Positions 12,320 to 25,346 of a stretch of 64,000 bases of DNA are shown here, one piece after another. Location: the NCBI GenBank assembly GCA_965655095.1, contig OZ296659.1, forward strand, positions 66,154,001-66,218,000. The letters are read 5' to 3'. Numbering within the stretch: the first letter of the stretch is position 1; the number at the start of each line of letters is the position of its first letter. Origin of the DNA: Haplodiscus bocki (taxonomy: Eukaryota). The notes under the pieces are model-generated. The model was not told the origin of the DNA. It made no database searches and saw only the letters and a list, made by a program, of their open reading frames with translations. Made by a program: the position numbers and the translations under genes.

Positions 12320-13710
12320 AGGTATTTTTGCAAGGCATAGATACGACATTGGTATCAATATTGACTTCAAATTATAATTAATGCCAATCAATGAAAGTCC
12401 AGCCTAAAGCCAAAAACTAGCAACACCAATCCGCTTGAAAAAATCCATCACGGTGAAAGGAGCCTTATACCGAAAATACGGCAAAATTACCACTCCACCA
12501 TTCAATAAATCTGATAGTCCTATTTCCACTCATGAAAAATTGAACGGTAAACAACCTCTCCTTGCAGATTCACAAAAACCAACAACAACCTAATATCAAA
12601 CGGCTATATAAACAACAACCATCCTGTCATCTAACTGACAGATGCTGCAAAACACAAGACAGGGAAAAATCTATTCTGCAAACTCGATTGTTCCCAAGCA
12701 TACCACTGTCTACAAATGGCGGAGTGGCGATCTGTGCAAATGATTGCATATAAATGTGCCAGCAAAACTTTTGTAAGGCGAAGACTAGCACAAGGCTTTA
12801 GCAGATGACTGTCAGCATTTTCAATTTCTATGCGTATTGATTTGGACCGTGTCTTCAAAGCAAACCGATGCTCTCAATATGCGAATAACATCGGCATTCC
12901 CGCAAGTTCACCTGAACAACTGATCACCAACTTGCGCTCAGTATTCAAATACATTCAAAATGCAGGAAGAAAAACTTCCACGTCAAATTGTCACTTTGGA
13001 ACAAAATTAGTTGACTTCCTTGGCGAAAAATCACACAAAATGGAGTAAACCCACAGAAACTGAATATCAGGGAATTCTTGGAAAAAGTCGATTTTACTCT
13101 AAAAAACATTACAACAATGAAATGGTTTTCTAAAAGATTACCAAATTACGTCCCACGTTTAGCGAAAAGACTAAACTTTTCCTTACAACTCCGTAAAGCA
13201 ATAGAAAACAAAGAAAAAATCATTATCACACCAGAACTAATTAATGAGTTCCACCAGGTTAACAACGTCTTGAACAAATGCTGTCAAATAGTACTCAGAC
13301 AGAAATTAGCAGACACACAGTTAATCTTAATGACGGATGCAAGTTTCAAAGCTGCAGGATATGCAGTATTGGCCGAAAATGATCCGAACCAAAACTTTAC
13401 GTCAACGCGCAAAACCTACACCCCAGTTGCATACGGTTCGAAATCATTTACTCCCTCAAAAAAATGTCCGTATACGCAAAGAAGTTTTTAGCAAGAATTT
13501 GGCATTTGGAGAGTTTGGACATGTGTTTTGTGGAGCACCGAAGCAAGTCATCATCATGACAGACAGCAAAGCAGTGACACGAATTTTTTAAGCAAAAGAA
13601 TACCACCAATATGGAATGCATGTGATTTTGTCCTTCAAATTTCATTTACCATAGCCTTTATTCCAGGCAAAATGAACACCTCTGCTGACTTTTTAGGACG
13701 TTTAGAGTCC
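12320..13710 (+). pseudogene. pol: Gypsy-1 reverse transcriptase and RNase H
   Basis: IFARHRYDIG; LFCKLDCSQAYHCLQMA; RLAQG; QYANNIGI (eroded YxDD); LMTDASFKAAGYAVL..PVAYGSK; IPGKMNTSADFLGRL. Confidence 0.92.
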
Positions 13711-14129
13711 GACCCAAAAGTAAAAAAAATATTCCAAAATCAGAGAAGACATTCCTACACAACCAGTTGAAATCAACATTGAATCAACAGGCATAGAACA
13801 AGAAAATCCAGTTTTTTTAGCGAGATGTTGTTCAATTGCCATCCGAAGAACTGCTATGACATCAACAACAAGAAAAACGCCATGCTATACATACAGAACC
13901 CCCCGCTACAACTTTGTCACACTGGCACAAAAAAAAGACAAGTGCACAAACATATTGAAGCACAACATGACACCATTCATCAAAGTTCCACGCACACTGA
14001 TCAAAAAGATGCAGATCCAGTGTTATTTGATTTCCAAAAACAGATGCTTGTAGAACCTTTCGATGAACAAATCCTGGGAACAAAACCGAGATACAACCAC
14101 TAACCGAACAAAAAAGCATCAGATTCAAT

Positions 14130-15570
14130 AATGGCATCTTGTACAGACACTACTACAACGTCGATGGCGATATCAGCCACATTCATGTGTTACTTACAAC
14201 ACAATTAAAAGAAAGACTGCTGAAAATATTACATGGTCAGTCAGGCAAAAACACAGATATTTCTAAAAAGATGCAAGATTTCAAAAAAAACTTACTGTCC
14301 ATCATTTCCAAACCACGTCCGCATATGGGTAAAGAATGTGAGACCTGCGTCTAAGACAAAAGAAACGACAACTCAAAAAATACACACGAACCCATTAGCC
14401 TACCTGAACTAGATTTAGGTCCAGAAGACGTCATGCAGATAGACCTACTACCAGAATTTCCATCAAGTGGAGGCTAGGAAACATCGCTACAACTATTGAT
14501 GTTTTCTCAAGAGACGCATTTGAATTCCTGGTATCCAGTCCCAGAGTCGTCAACACAGCCAATGTTATCAGCAACATCATGGCAAGACATGTGTAACTAC
14601 CTACCGTGAGGTTGACACACGAAGGCTCAATTTTTTTTTTCAAATTTCATACAAAAAACAGCTGACACTCCAGGCATCACACAGCAACAAGCATCCACGA
14701 AACACGCACAAACTGCCGCCGTCTCGGAAGGAACACATGCTACGACAAAGACATCAATCAAAAAGTCTTCAGGAGGAACTCGCGAACAATGGCACAATTG
14801 TTAACCATTAGCAATGTTATCACAACGTATCACACAACGTATCACACAAGTATCGGTGGTGAACCTGCCTGAACACCTTACAACAAACTCGATCACAGAC
14901 TCGGACTAAAAACTATAACTGGTTTAGTCCCAACAACAGATTTGCAGACGATTTGTTGAGAAGCACACAAGTTTTGTGCAAAAAACTCAAAGCAGTCATA
15001 CATCAATTAGAAAAATTAATCCGACAAAAAAACCATAGCCTCACCATTACAAAAAAATACTACTGCTATATTTTAAAAACTGAAACATTCCAACCTGATG
15101 TTATTATTGTCATTCCTCATAATTATTTGTACAGTATAGCCTGGGAAGCAGAATCTAATCCCTCATTCTTAAATCACCCCAAAATATACCGTGATCCAAT
15201 AATGATTGAACACACAAACAAAAAGAGTTGCTCTCAATCAACAAGGCGATGACAGGATTTTTCCCCGAAAACATAACAATGCATCAGACTCAATTGCCGA
15301 AGCACCACACTCCGATACACACTCAACTCAAGATAACGTCAACTTTCCAAACAATGACACACCAATAAAAACGACGCCCTTATTGAAAATGATGATTCGT
15401 CAAATGTACGTCACGATGTATTTTTACGACAAACTACAGACTCAACTGAATCAACAGAAATAAACACTCCAATTGATCGAAATGATGGTACTATTCAAGA
15501 TGAGAAGGTATCGCGGGGCGGTGAAAGCAACCTACGACCTACCCCTAACCCAAACTTCTCAGACCCGTAA
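14130..15570 (+). pseudogene. pol: Gypsy-1 integrase and C-terminal tail
   Basis: LHGQSGK..CETC (H2C2-like); GPEDVMQIDLLP; IDVFSR. Confidence 0.85.
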
Positions 15571-15766
15571 AAGTATTACTCAAGTGCCAAATATTGAATT
15601 GTTTCGACAGGCTTTCAAAGGTTCTAATTCTTTCCTTTTTCTCCGTTTTATCAATTTCTCTTTTTTCAAGCCTCTAATGGATTGCAACAATGCAGATTTA
15701 CATTAAAACAGACCATTCAAGATTGAAATACAACCTTATCAACTGAAACAAGCAAGCAAACTACAA

Positions 15767-17000
15767 TTATAGAGAAACATCAACAGCAACAGAGTTCCAG
15801 TCTCTTGATGTACCGGCAACACAACCACTTCGGGTACTCCTCGTTTTTTTCACTAACGACGCCACAGAGCCTGACGACCTGACTTTCCCTACATCAAATT
15901 GGGGAGGTTGACCACGCTCCGAACTTTGAAAGCACACAGCGTTGGGACCAGATTTATCCAAACACTCTTCAATACTGGCATTAGCAGCCCGAATGTTTTT
16001 ATAGCTGGTAACTATCTCCTTTAAAAATTGATTCTTGTCGGAGAAATCAACATAGGACCAGGGTAAATAGCCAGGCTCCAATGCAGTTCCAGCAAAATTC
16101 TCCACATCTTCCAAACTATCAGTATTCAACAATGTTTTTGTAAAAACTTTGCTCTCAGGGTTGCTGCACAACAAATAGCTCTGTACCGCCTTGATTATCT
16201 CAGTCAAGTCAAGACCGTAACCTAATCTATTGGGCGACACAAATTTGACTCAAGGCAATCCAGCACCATGCAAACAAAAGATTTGAAGCTGAAAAACGTC
16301 AAAGTTTTCAATTTTCGACACAACTCGGGACACCCATACAAGAAAAAAATCTTATCTCCAACATAAGCCCCGATTTTGTCACCATCCTAGTACGCAAAAC
16401 ACACGTCATCAACAAAACGCAGATACTCCTCAATATGGGTTGCTCGGAGCTCCTTCGCAACCCAGTCACGGACAATGAAACTCTGGAAAAAGACTACAAA
16501 GACATGCAGTCGCCTGTTAATTGGGGAGTTGAAAAAAGACAGCGTAATCGAAGGAATCTAAGTTTTTCATGAGATCCGGTTCTCACATAGCGTGCACGAA
16601 GATTCCATCACAGAAAGAACAAACTTCGGATAGTTTCGGGCAAATCCAAACAACGCATTTAGCGAGTTGACCGGAACAACCGAAGCCACTACATGTGCAC
16701 AACTCTTCTTTTTTGAACGCTCTCTCTCTCTCTCTCTCTCTCTCTCTAGATCAACAGTGGCTTTGGCAACGCAAAGAGCAGAATTCTGAAATTGGGTTTC
16801 TTTCAAGAAATCGCTCAATCCTAATAATGTCTTCCCGGCAAAATTGAAAATGTGCATAGACTCCGACTATCCCTCCGTTTGCAAACAAACTTTTGAAGCA
16901 ACTCTTGGAAGCAAACAGTAGAAGAATGAAGTCAATTGCCCAAGAAAGAAGAGACCCTGGTCCCATCTGCTTGACTGGGGAAAAAAACTATGCATGAAAC
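15767..17000 (-). pseudogene. Antisense accessory ORF1 of Gypsy-1 (~400 aa, unknown function)
   Basis: ORF-track pieces 16751-16966, 16567-16857 and 15767-16240 join through few lesions into one protein-like reading. Confidence 0.65.
16720..16747. repeat. (CT)14 microsatellite
   Basis: Direct observation. Confidence 0.95.
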
Positions 17001-17109
17001 TTTGCATAAAACATATCAGAAAAAAACACGGCTCAATTCCTTGAGGCTAAAACAAACCAAATCAAAATTTAACTAGTTGCCTTAGAATTTCTGAAACATT
17101 TTTTCTCGC

Positions 17110-18560
17110 AGCTTTAACTAACATGTCCTTTCACTTTTTGAAAATCCTGTTCTTGCCCAGTCAAATCAATAAATGTGCACACATTCTGCCACTGCTTAGT
17201 CGTTTCTTGAACCACGCGATGTAAATTTGAAAAATCCCTCGACCGATAATCACGTGCTTTCAACAAGAAACAACTTACTCCATCCACGACACCAAGTCAA
17301 AATAACTAAGTTTGTCAGATTTAAGGTTCTACTTTCGAAGACATAGTGTACTTTGCATCCAGTTTAAATGCAAAGTCGACGCAGGAGAGATTCCACGGGG
17401 ACAAATTTATCAATTTTTCCCATCACGCTGTGACTGGGCTACCGTAACGGCTTCTCTACGCTCAAACGTTCTATGTACAATGGACAATGCGCTCCATTTT
17501 TACGACTGGGTGCCAAATCAAGAGTTTTTATGACGTCCAATCCAACACTGCTTCAGCTTAAAATTTCTGGGTTTCGTGACACAACGCTCAAAAATTGAGA
17601 AATCATTGACAGCTGGTTTTTCACTTTTGGTGAATAGCTGTAACAGCGCAGCAATTCAAGATCCACCAGTTGCTGTCCTTCCCACAATCTTACTTTCAAT
17701 GTATGGCTCTTTGGCGTCACAGGGAACCCAACTGACATGAACTTTGACTTCATCAAAACTTCTTTATATTCACCATCAATTGCAAAAACAAGTGATTGAG
17801 GATTTCCTACAACACAACATCAACATATAAAATTATGACAACAATTGACCATATCTTTGGATACGTTTTTTACTACCAAACGCAAATTCCAATACTCATC
17901 AAGTCAGTTGTATGTCTTACAAAAATACAGTGACAATCAAACTCACACTAATATGCTCTTGGCTCCAATTAAAATCCGAAGTCCAAGCAGCACTACCGGT
18001 CAACAATCCAACCTTCGTCAGGTTCTATCAACGGGACCAAAATCAAACTTCGAGAGATTCGCAAGTCTAGAAGCAGACACCAAAAACTCACATGACTCGT
18101 TCATATCAAATGCAACATTTGCAGCACGCTTAAAATGGGATCCAACCGAGGGAACGTCCACGTGAATCAGCTCTTGTGTGATGAAATTTTTTTTCTTCAA
18201 TAGTGTCGAACTATTTACATCATCACTCACTCCCAGCACATCTGCAGCTCCACCACTACCACTCAGTCCACCAAGAATTTGCACAATCGGCTCTTCATCA
18301 ACTTCGAATAAGGTCTGTGTTTCACTTTCACCAAAGGATCGTAACTTTTCCGCTCAGTACTCACTCACACTCACTCCATCATCATTCCAACTTGATAGCT
18401 CACTAACGTCACCTGCGCCTATACTGACTGTTTGCTCGCTAGTTCATGCTTTTTGTAAAATAATCAGGGTTTTTGCTGGGGATGTGCCAGTTTTGGGAAC
18501 TTCTATTCTTTCGGGACACAAAATCCGAGATACATCTTGCTCACACTCTTGTCCTTCGGT
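17110..18560 (-). pseudogene. Antisense accessory ORF2 region of Gypsy-1
   Basis: Acidic/Gly-rich 18018-18284 piece; near-continuous reading GNPQSLVFAIDGEYKEVLMK...TFIDLTGQEQDFQK (~17810-17110). Confidence 0.45.
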
Positions 18561-19876
18561 TTGCATAACCTCAAGCAATTGGGTTCTTCTCTCTAAATTA
18601 CGAAAACCTATGAAACTGCACGGTAAATTACCAGTGAACTCATTCAATTCTCATGGACTCCAAATCCGGAAAAACGTGGTTGTTCAGATCAAAATTGAAA
18701 CACGGGCTTTGAAAAGTGAAAGAAGTTATTTCTGGCTAAGTAAAAAAAAAACATCACTGATCAAGAAGTTCTTGGTCTCCTATGCTAATATGCAAATTAA
18801 AGAAAGAAACGTGAACTCACCCGTTTCGTACAGTATGATGATCTCCGCAACACCCTTAGAACCAGACAACCTGCAGATAGAACCTGAATCCAAGTCAGGG
18901 ATGGTGTACAACAGCAGATTTACAAAGGTCGGGAGGCACACACTTTTAAACAATAAAGAAATAAAAGCTAATCGAATGAGATTTTTACAGTATATACAGT
19001 TAACAAATATGTGGATGTCGTGGCTGTACAATAGTGATTTACGTCAAAATCATGTCATAACAAAAATTTCTGACCTAAACATACAACTACATACTTTTTT
19101 ACATCAAGTAATATCAACTTCTGCCAAAGTTGAAATACATTTCTCTATCAACCAATTTTATATATGTCATTTTTACGTCGTATTACTATTTCATTGACCA
19201 AAATCTTTCATTCCACCCATGTTTTTTGCTTCCAACTTCAATTCCACTCAGGACATGTCCCAATCATCTGATTGGATAAACCTCAATCACTTATCAGCAT
19301 CATTAGAACCAGCCAGCATTGCTTCAACACTAGTTACATAGCTCATCAACAAAGTTTGATACTCGGCTCAAAAGGTACTTGAAATCACACAACAACGCTC
19401 TCACCGTCACTCATCATCATCACTTCATCAATGAATACCTCTAAATTATTTTACCCGTAATTCGTATCAACATCAAATGCCGCTTCTCAGTGATTGGACG
19501 GAATTTTGGCGGGACTCACAACCCCTTTTCCCTCTCCCAACCCAAACGCATATCTTTCAACTACATTGTTTTGCTCATATTATGCCAAATCAAAATCTGC
19601 CAACTGTTGTTCAAAAACAGCGAAAATATATTTTAAAACCAAAGCAATAACTGACAATTCCACACACTTGACGATGGACCAAAATGAACCTATGCAAATT
19701 GAACCCATCCGCTTATCAAGCAACGAAGACACTAAGACACAATAACCCATGTTTGACCAAGAATTGACAAACGAAAATGATGAGCAATGACTGAACCAAG
19801 TTGTAATCAACCTGAATGACCCAACAGCTACAGCCCAGGTCACGACTCCCATGAATGACGTCAATATGCGAACACT

Positions 19877-20076
19877 NNNNNNNNNNNNNNNNNNNNNNNN
19901 NNNNNNNNNNNNNNNNNNNNNNNNNNNNNNNNNNNNNNNNNNNNNNNNNNNNNNNNNNNNNNNNNNNNNNNNNNNNNNNNNNNNNNNNNNNNNNNNNNNN
20001 NNNNNNNNNNNNNNNNNNNNNNNNNNNNNNNNNNNNNNNNNNNNNNNNNNNNNNNNNNNNNNNNNNNNNNNNNNNN
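19877..20076. other. Assembly gap (200 N)
   Basis: Run of N. Confidence 1.
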
Positions 20077-21129
20077 ATTACACTCCTCATCTGCAGTTTG
20101 AAACCGGAACTCCGTGACAATTGTGCAAAATGGTATCATTTTTCCGAAAAAAAGATGAAAATTACGGTAGTTGAGGAATGTACTGTCTTTCGTTGTTTTT
20201 TCAAAGGCCTTGCTTACTATGTTGGCAAATTTTTGTTACGTTGCAAGGAACGGCAACTGATCAAGAACTTCACACAAACACGCCCCTGCAGCTCCGTAAA
20301 GTGTGGCGATTGATGAGTTTAATATTTGATTGACAGCAATCGCTGCCATTTTGTCTGTCATGCTCTGCAACTTCCATTTTAGCCCTGGTGACCATCACTT
20401 TTTCGGCAGTAAATTCACTGGTTTTACAGCAAAATGTAATTGCTTTACCTCTCTCTAGTCACGTCATCAATTCTAACCTTTCGTTGGTTGAGGTCAACTT
20501 TCAATGTTCATCGGAGTAAAAGGTAGCTTCGTCCTAAATAATTTTCAGGAGACGCTTTGCATATCGGTATCTTCAAATTCTGAAAGGGACATAACATGGT
20601 TATACTCTTGTGCGCTTCTTTTTTTCAACGTAAAATAAATTCAAGTCTTTTGATTTTAACAAATATGGGCAGCACTTGTGAATTTTGAAGTTTTGTTTCG
20701 TAAACTGTCAGTCTTGCTGCTTTTTTGCTATTTTTTCTAGTGCAGTGTCTTCTTCTTTACCTTTGTGGGAGTGGCTTCTAGACACACTTTTTTGCGTTCC
20801 TCTTCGTGATTTAAGGATTTTTTGTCCATTCTTCGGCCAAATTTATCACTCTTTACAAATTCCCCAATTACTGAAATCCCGAGTGCAATGCATAACGATA
20901 TTTTAATTTTAATTTGGGCGTTTTCTGAAAAGTGTCCATTGCATTGGAACGGGATTTTGCTTTAAGTCGATTGTATGTTTCGTGATTGAAATGATAACCG
21001 TACCGTTAGGTTGATCAGTCCCTCCTATTCACATTGAGCTTTGAAATCTTGTGATTTTTGTTTTTTTGCCATATCGTGTAAATAAAGTGATTGTCGGTAA
21101 TTTGGTCAAAATTAGTGTTTTCGGAGCTT

Positions 21130-22092
21130 TTTTTCGTCAAAATAACTGTTGGTGAGCGTGTTGGTCCTCCTTTTGACCCGGAGGTCCACTAGTTGAAGGA
21201 GGACCATAAACGGTGCATATTCGAGCAATCACAGTCATCAATCACTGAAGATCTACCTGAGACGCTGGTTTATCGTTCTGGCCCCGCGAAGAAAGAGACT
21301 GTTAAACCGAGTCAGTTGCGTGTTGAAAGTGTGTCGGAAGGCAACTACGATCCCGATAGTGACGATGAATTCGTCAGTGCCCCGTCGCTATTGGAGGCTA
21401 TCAAAGAGCTATTTTTGTGATAGTATCCTTCCGTTGCGTTCTTTTCTTGTTTCCTTCGGCTACTCTCTCTTGTGTGTGTAGCGAAATTTTTTCTATTTGT
21501 GGTTTACACTCTTTTGTTGTTCATTGTTAACATGGAAACTGAAGACAACTTGAAACAACTTCGGGCTCTGGGTTCCTCCGAGCTTTTCCAGGAGGAGCCG
21601 TTCGGGATGTCAAAACATTTGAATGGAGATTTGCATCGCAGCCTGAGGGGGTCCTTTGTTAAGTGTTACTCGTTTTCTGCTTGATGTTATTGGGGTGTTT
21701 GTGCGCCTGAAAAGGTCCTGTCATCACTCTCCCCATCTTATGGGTGTGCTGTCTTCTAAGCCATTGTGTCTCCCGACTTCTCCATTACCGTGTAGTGCTT
21801 CTTTGTTCGTCCAAGTGAAGGTGTGCCAGTTGCTGGGATGACAGTGTGCGCACTAGAGACTCTGTTCCAAGTGTGTGTCCGCGGCTGGTTGGATGGATCT
21901 GTCACACATCGGCAGGTGTTAGCTACCAACATGCCGTCTCAGCTAAGTGTTTCTTCGATTCTCGTTACTGGGTCGTTGGCGGAAGTTACCATACCACAGA
22001 GAGGCAGTAGTTGCTCTGAGCTGCAGATTCTTTGGGCTCTCCAATTGGTGAAAGATGGAAGAATTGATAATAAACTAGCCAGGTCATGTTAA
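21130..22092 (+). pseudogene. Further antisense ORF remnants in the Gypsy-2 3' region
   Basis: Chained + ORFs 21193-21420, 21472-21684, 21656-21841, 21823-22092 with protein-like composition. Confidence 0.35.
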
Positions 22093-24049
22093 AAGGAAAA
22101 ATGAGGTTTAGTTATCATGTTAGGCTGAAACTAAAAAAAAGTTGACAGTGAAGCCTACTGAAAATGCAAGGGTCGGGGTGGTTGAACGGACATGACTGGT
22201 ATGGATTTGGCATAATCAGTATGTGTGATTGTTTCAGTAAGAAATCTGCAGCCTCGGTACTTCACAACAGGAGTCGTGTGTTTAGGAACTCGCATCCATT
22301 GGACGAAACAGGTCAAATATGGCCCTGCACGATGTCTTCAATGCATGATGGACACAAAAATTGCCAACCAAAGGTTAACCAGCCTACACAAGCCTTGAAA
22401 AACTGAGGAACATCAGCTTCGCGAGAAGAAAACAGACTGCAGCACCGAAAACTTCTTGTGAACAAGTGAAAGAGGGCGTCCCAAAAAGCGTGTGAGCAGC
22501 GGAAGGCACTGGTTGTTGGCGTTTCTCTAGTTTATTTGGAGTCGACTTTTGCCTTGACTGTGGCGCAGGTGATAGATGTCAAAAATGAAATCGAGGAAGG
22601 AGGAGAAAATCTTTTGTTGACGCAGTTATATAGACACAAGCTAAGTTGTTGCCAGTTTAGGGAATCGTTGGTTCACCAGTGTGAGTCTGTGGCTGTTGAC
22701 AGAAATGTAGAGATAGTGGACTCTATACTTTTGCACGAACAGCAACTGCAGGCCTTGGAGTTGGCAATTTCATTGTTTCAGGCTAATGAATGATTTTGTT
22801 AGACGACCTGTTGAAAACGTTTCATGAGTACATGTTGTTGCGTACATGTTTGTGATGATGTTTGGTTGTCGATTAGACGCTGAATGAAGGTAAATTAGAC
22901 GAATTACAAACCAAATAAAAAACATAATAAAGTGAAAAGAGAAAGAAAAAAAAGAAAGGGGGAAAAGGAAAAGCGAAAAAAGAAAGAAAACTAAAAGTTT
23001 AAACTCGCAAATTGAAAACCAAGGCTGGGGAGTGGGGTTTGAGAGTCGGAAGTGTTTAATCTATAGAAATCTGTTTTAGAGGTTGTTTCTCTATGGGCTG
23101 CTTTTTTCGGTTGTGGAGCGTTTGAAAGACTACCTGTCGGAGACCGTACCATAAGCTCTTCACGTGAAGCGACCGGCTTGTTAAGCTCACGTGTGGTTTG
23201 CATGAAACGAGGAGGAAAAGTGTGGACTGTGGGCCTCAGCGGTGTCGTTGTCGTGTCAAGACGGGAAAACGACGTGGCCGGGCTACTTTCTGGAGGCATT
23301 TCTGTGCGCCGTTTTTGAAGAGCCCAGAAGCACTGGTTATGGATGAGGTAGGCGATCTGTCGACTCGGTTGTCCAGTTCGATCTTTCAAGGCAGTCTATT
23401 GGTCGCGACGTGAAAGTACTTCGACTGGCTTCACAATCCCATCAAGGAGGTCAGCTGGTACAGTTTTCTCGGCGTGGAAAACTAGAGTGTTGTTGGTTTT
23501 TCAACGGTTTAGGATGGCGTCAGATCGCATGGCCAAAGTGATGGAGAAGTTCCCTGGTCCGAATGCTGTAAATTTGTGTATGTAATGTGCTAGGCTGAAA
23601 ATAGAAAGGTAACGAGAAAAGATATAAAAGAAATCCAAAATTAAAAAAGGAAAAAACGGAAGTTTGAGAAGGGTGGTCTTGTGGTTGATGAATGTGTTGA
23701 TTATTTGCGTCGATTCGTTTTAGCGTTTTTTTGGATGACGGAGTTTTTTCCGTCAAAATAGGGGATTTTCTTGTAGGTAGTGGAACATTGGGACGCGCTG
23801 CTGGAGTTCCTCTCGGACTTGGGGTTGATGAGAATGTGGAGACATTCAGTGGTGCGAGCGTCGATTTTAAGTCACGTGGCGACCGCACTTTGGGGGCTCT
23901 ATTTGCTTTGATGGCACTCATAGCGAAAGGTGGTGAACGTGGTTGTTAGAGATTGAAAGAGAAAGCAAAAAGGATCAAGTTTCATGCCAGTTGGTTTTTC
24001 GGGCAGATGTGATAATGATTTTCTGACTGTTTTGAACATCTTATTTTTT

Positions 24050-25346
24050 TTCGAAAGGTAGTGGGGAGGTTTGCGATAACGTTATGCGCGTAAGTTGCGC
24101 TCAAATAATGATGTGCGAGAATTGTTTCAGTGGCCGAATGTTGTCTGCAAACTTGTGGTGCGACTGCTAACGAGCATTTTTATTGAAGAAACTTGGGTTG
24201 CAAGGAAACGTCCATACAATGATAGTGCTGATCGTCGATCCCTCGTGAACTCCCTGTCCTTTCATTGTAGCACGAATTTTGCGGTCTCGGAGAGCTCATA
24301 TTATGCCGTTGAAGGAGGCAACACGATGTGGAATGGCTTGTGATTTCAGCCTGTACATCGGGACTAGTGGATGTGTAATGGTGCAGCAATTCTAAACCAA
24401 TGCTCGCCATTGCATTGGGATTTTTATGAATCAAGTCGCCAACGGCCTGACGGATCGCGCTTCAATTTCTTTAAATCTGGCGCCACCGTGTCCTGCTCTG
24501 ATCCGCCATGGAAAACTTGATCAGTTCGGTGTATTAATGTTTCACTTCGGGAGTGCGTTGGCTGCCAGAGGCGTCTTGACGGAAGCTGAGTGAGAGAAAT
24601 TGGTTCCTCATTTTTTGAAACGGAGTGAGAAGTTCAAGCATCAGTGGAGAAATGACGCAGGCCTACCGATCATGGACAATGTGGCGTAGTTCTTGTTGGG
24701 ACTTTTAACATAGAAAAAACTCTCGGTGTTCCGGAAGGTCGCTGAGATCTTGACAGTGTCGTCAACGAGTGGCTGTTACCTTAAGGACTTCGTGAATGAT
24801 GAATTAAGCGCCAACTAAAACAGTGAGGTGGTGGGCGCGCTAAAGGCTCTGCACAGTCACTTCAGTCACTGAGGTGTGTCATCAAGTGGTCGGTTGGGTT
24901 GCCGAAATAAATTAGTGTGCAAGAAAACTATAGTGAAGTCTACTCGCTTAGATGATCCATTCTTGACTTCACTTTGGGAAGGTTTGTCTTTTGGGAGTCA
25001 GGGGTCTTTAATGACTGAATATGCGAATGTTCTGAGGAAGAGCGTGCCGAGGGCCGTGTTCCCAAAAATTATTGAGTACACCTCTGAGTTTCTCCATGAA
25101 ATGGGTGCGAAGCAGGCCAAAAGAATGTGAGAGCGGCCAGGTCCCCGAGTGTCACCTGCGAAAAAAAAGGTGAAGAAGACGAAGAAGGTGAGTTTCTGTG
25201 ACTGTACGCTAGTGATGAGTTCCTCAGCTTCAGTGACTTGTCTTTACAGCCTTTTTGACGCTGAAGGTAGGAGCGAGGACTCATTATTTGCGATGCAGCG
25301 AAAGCAAAAGAGGTTCAAGCCGGCCAGTGAAAGCGGGAAGGAGTGA
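24050..25346 (+). pseudogene. Antisense accessory ORF of Gypsy-2, probable homolog of Gypsy-1 antisense ORF1
   Basis: ASISLNL..SALAARGVLTEAE*EKLVPHF..DNVA*FLLG..ALKALHSHF..SLWEGLSFGSQGSLMTEY, read through stops. Confidence 0.55.

Larger units (their letters stand above)
8558..19876 (+). mobile_element. Gypsy-1 (Ty3/Gypsy LTR retrotransposon), decayed, runs into gap
   Basis: gag then PR-RT-RH-IN order; long 3' accessory region; 3' LTR not seen. Confidence 0.9.

Noticed and set aside
16567-16857. ERERER low-complexity protein
   Set aside because: Translation of the (CT)14 microsatellite
18178-19197. Longest ORF (339 aa) as env or host gene
   Set aside because: No recognisable motifs or env architecture; the Ser/Thr-rich start is the shadow of the antisense reading
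19716-20313. ORFs containing poly-X
   Set aside because: Artefacts of the N gap
20077-21000. 3' LTR of Gypsy-1 or Gypsy-2
   Set aside because: No visible similarity to 8558-8900 or 58295-58554
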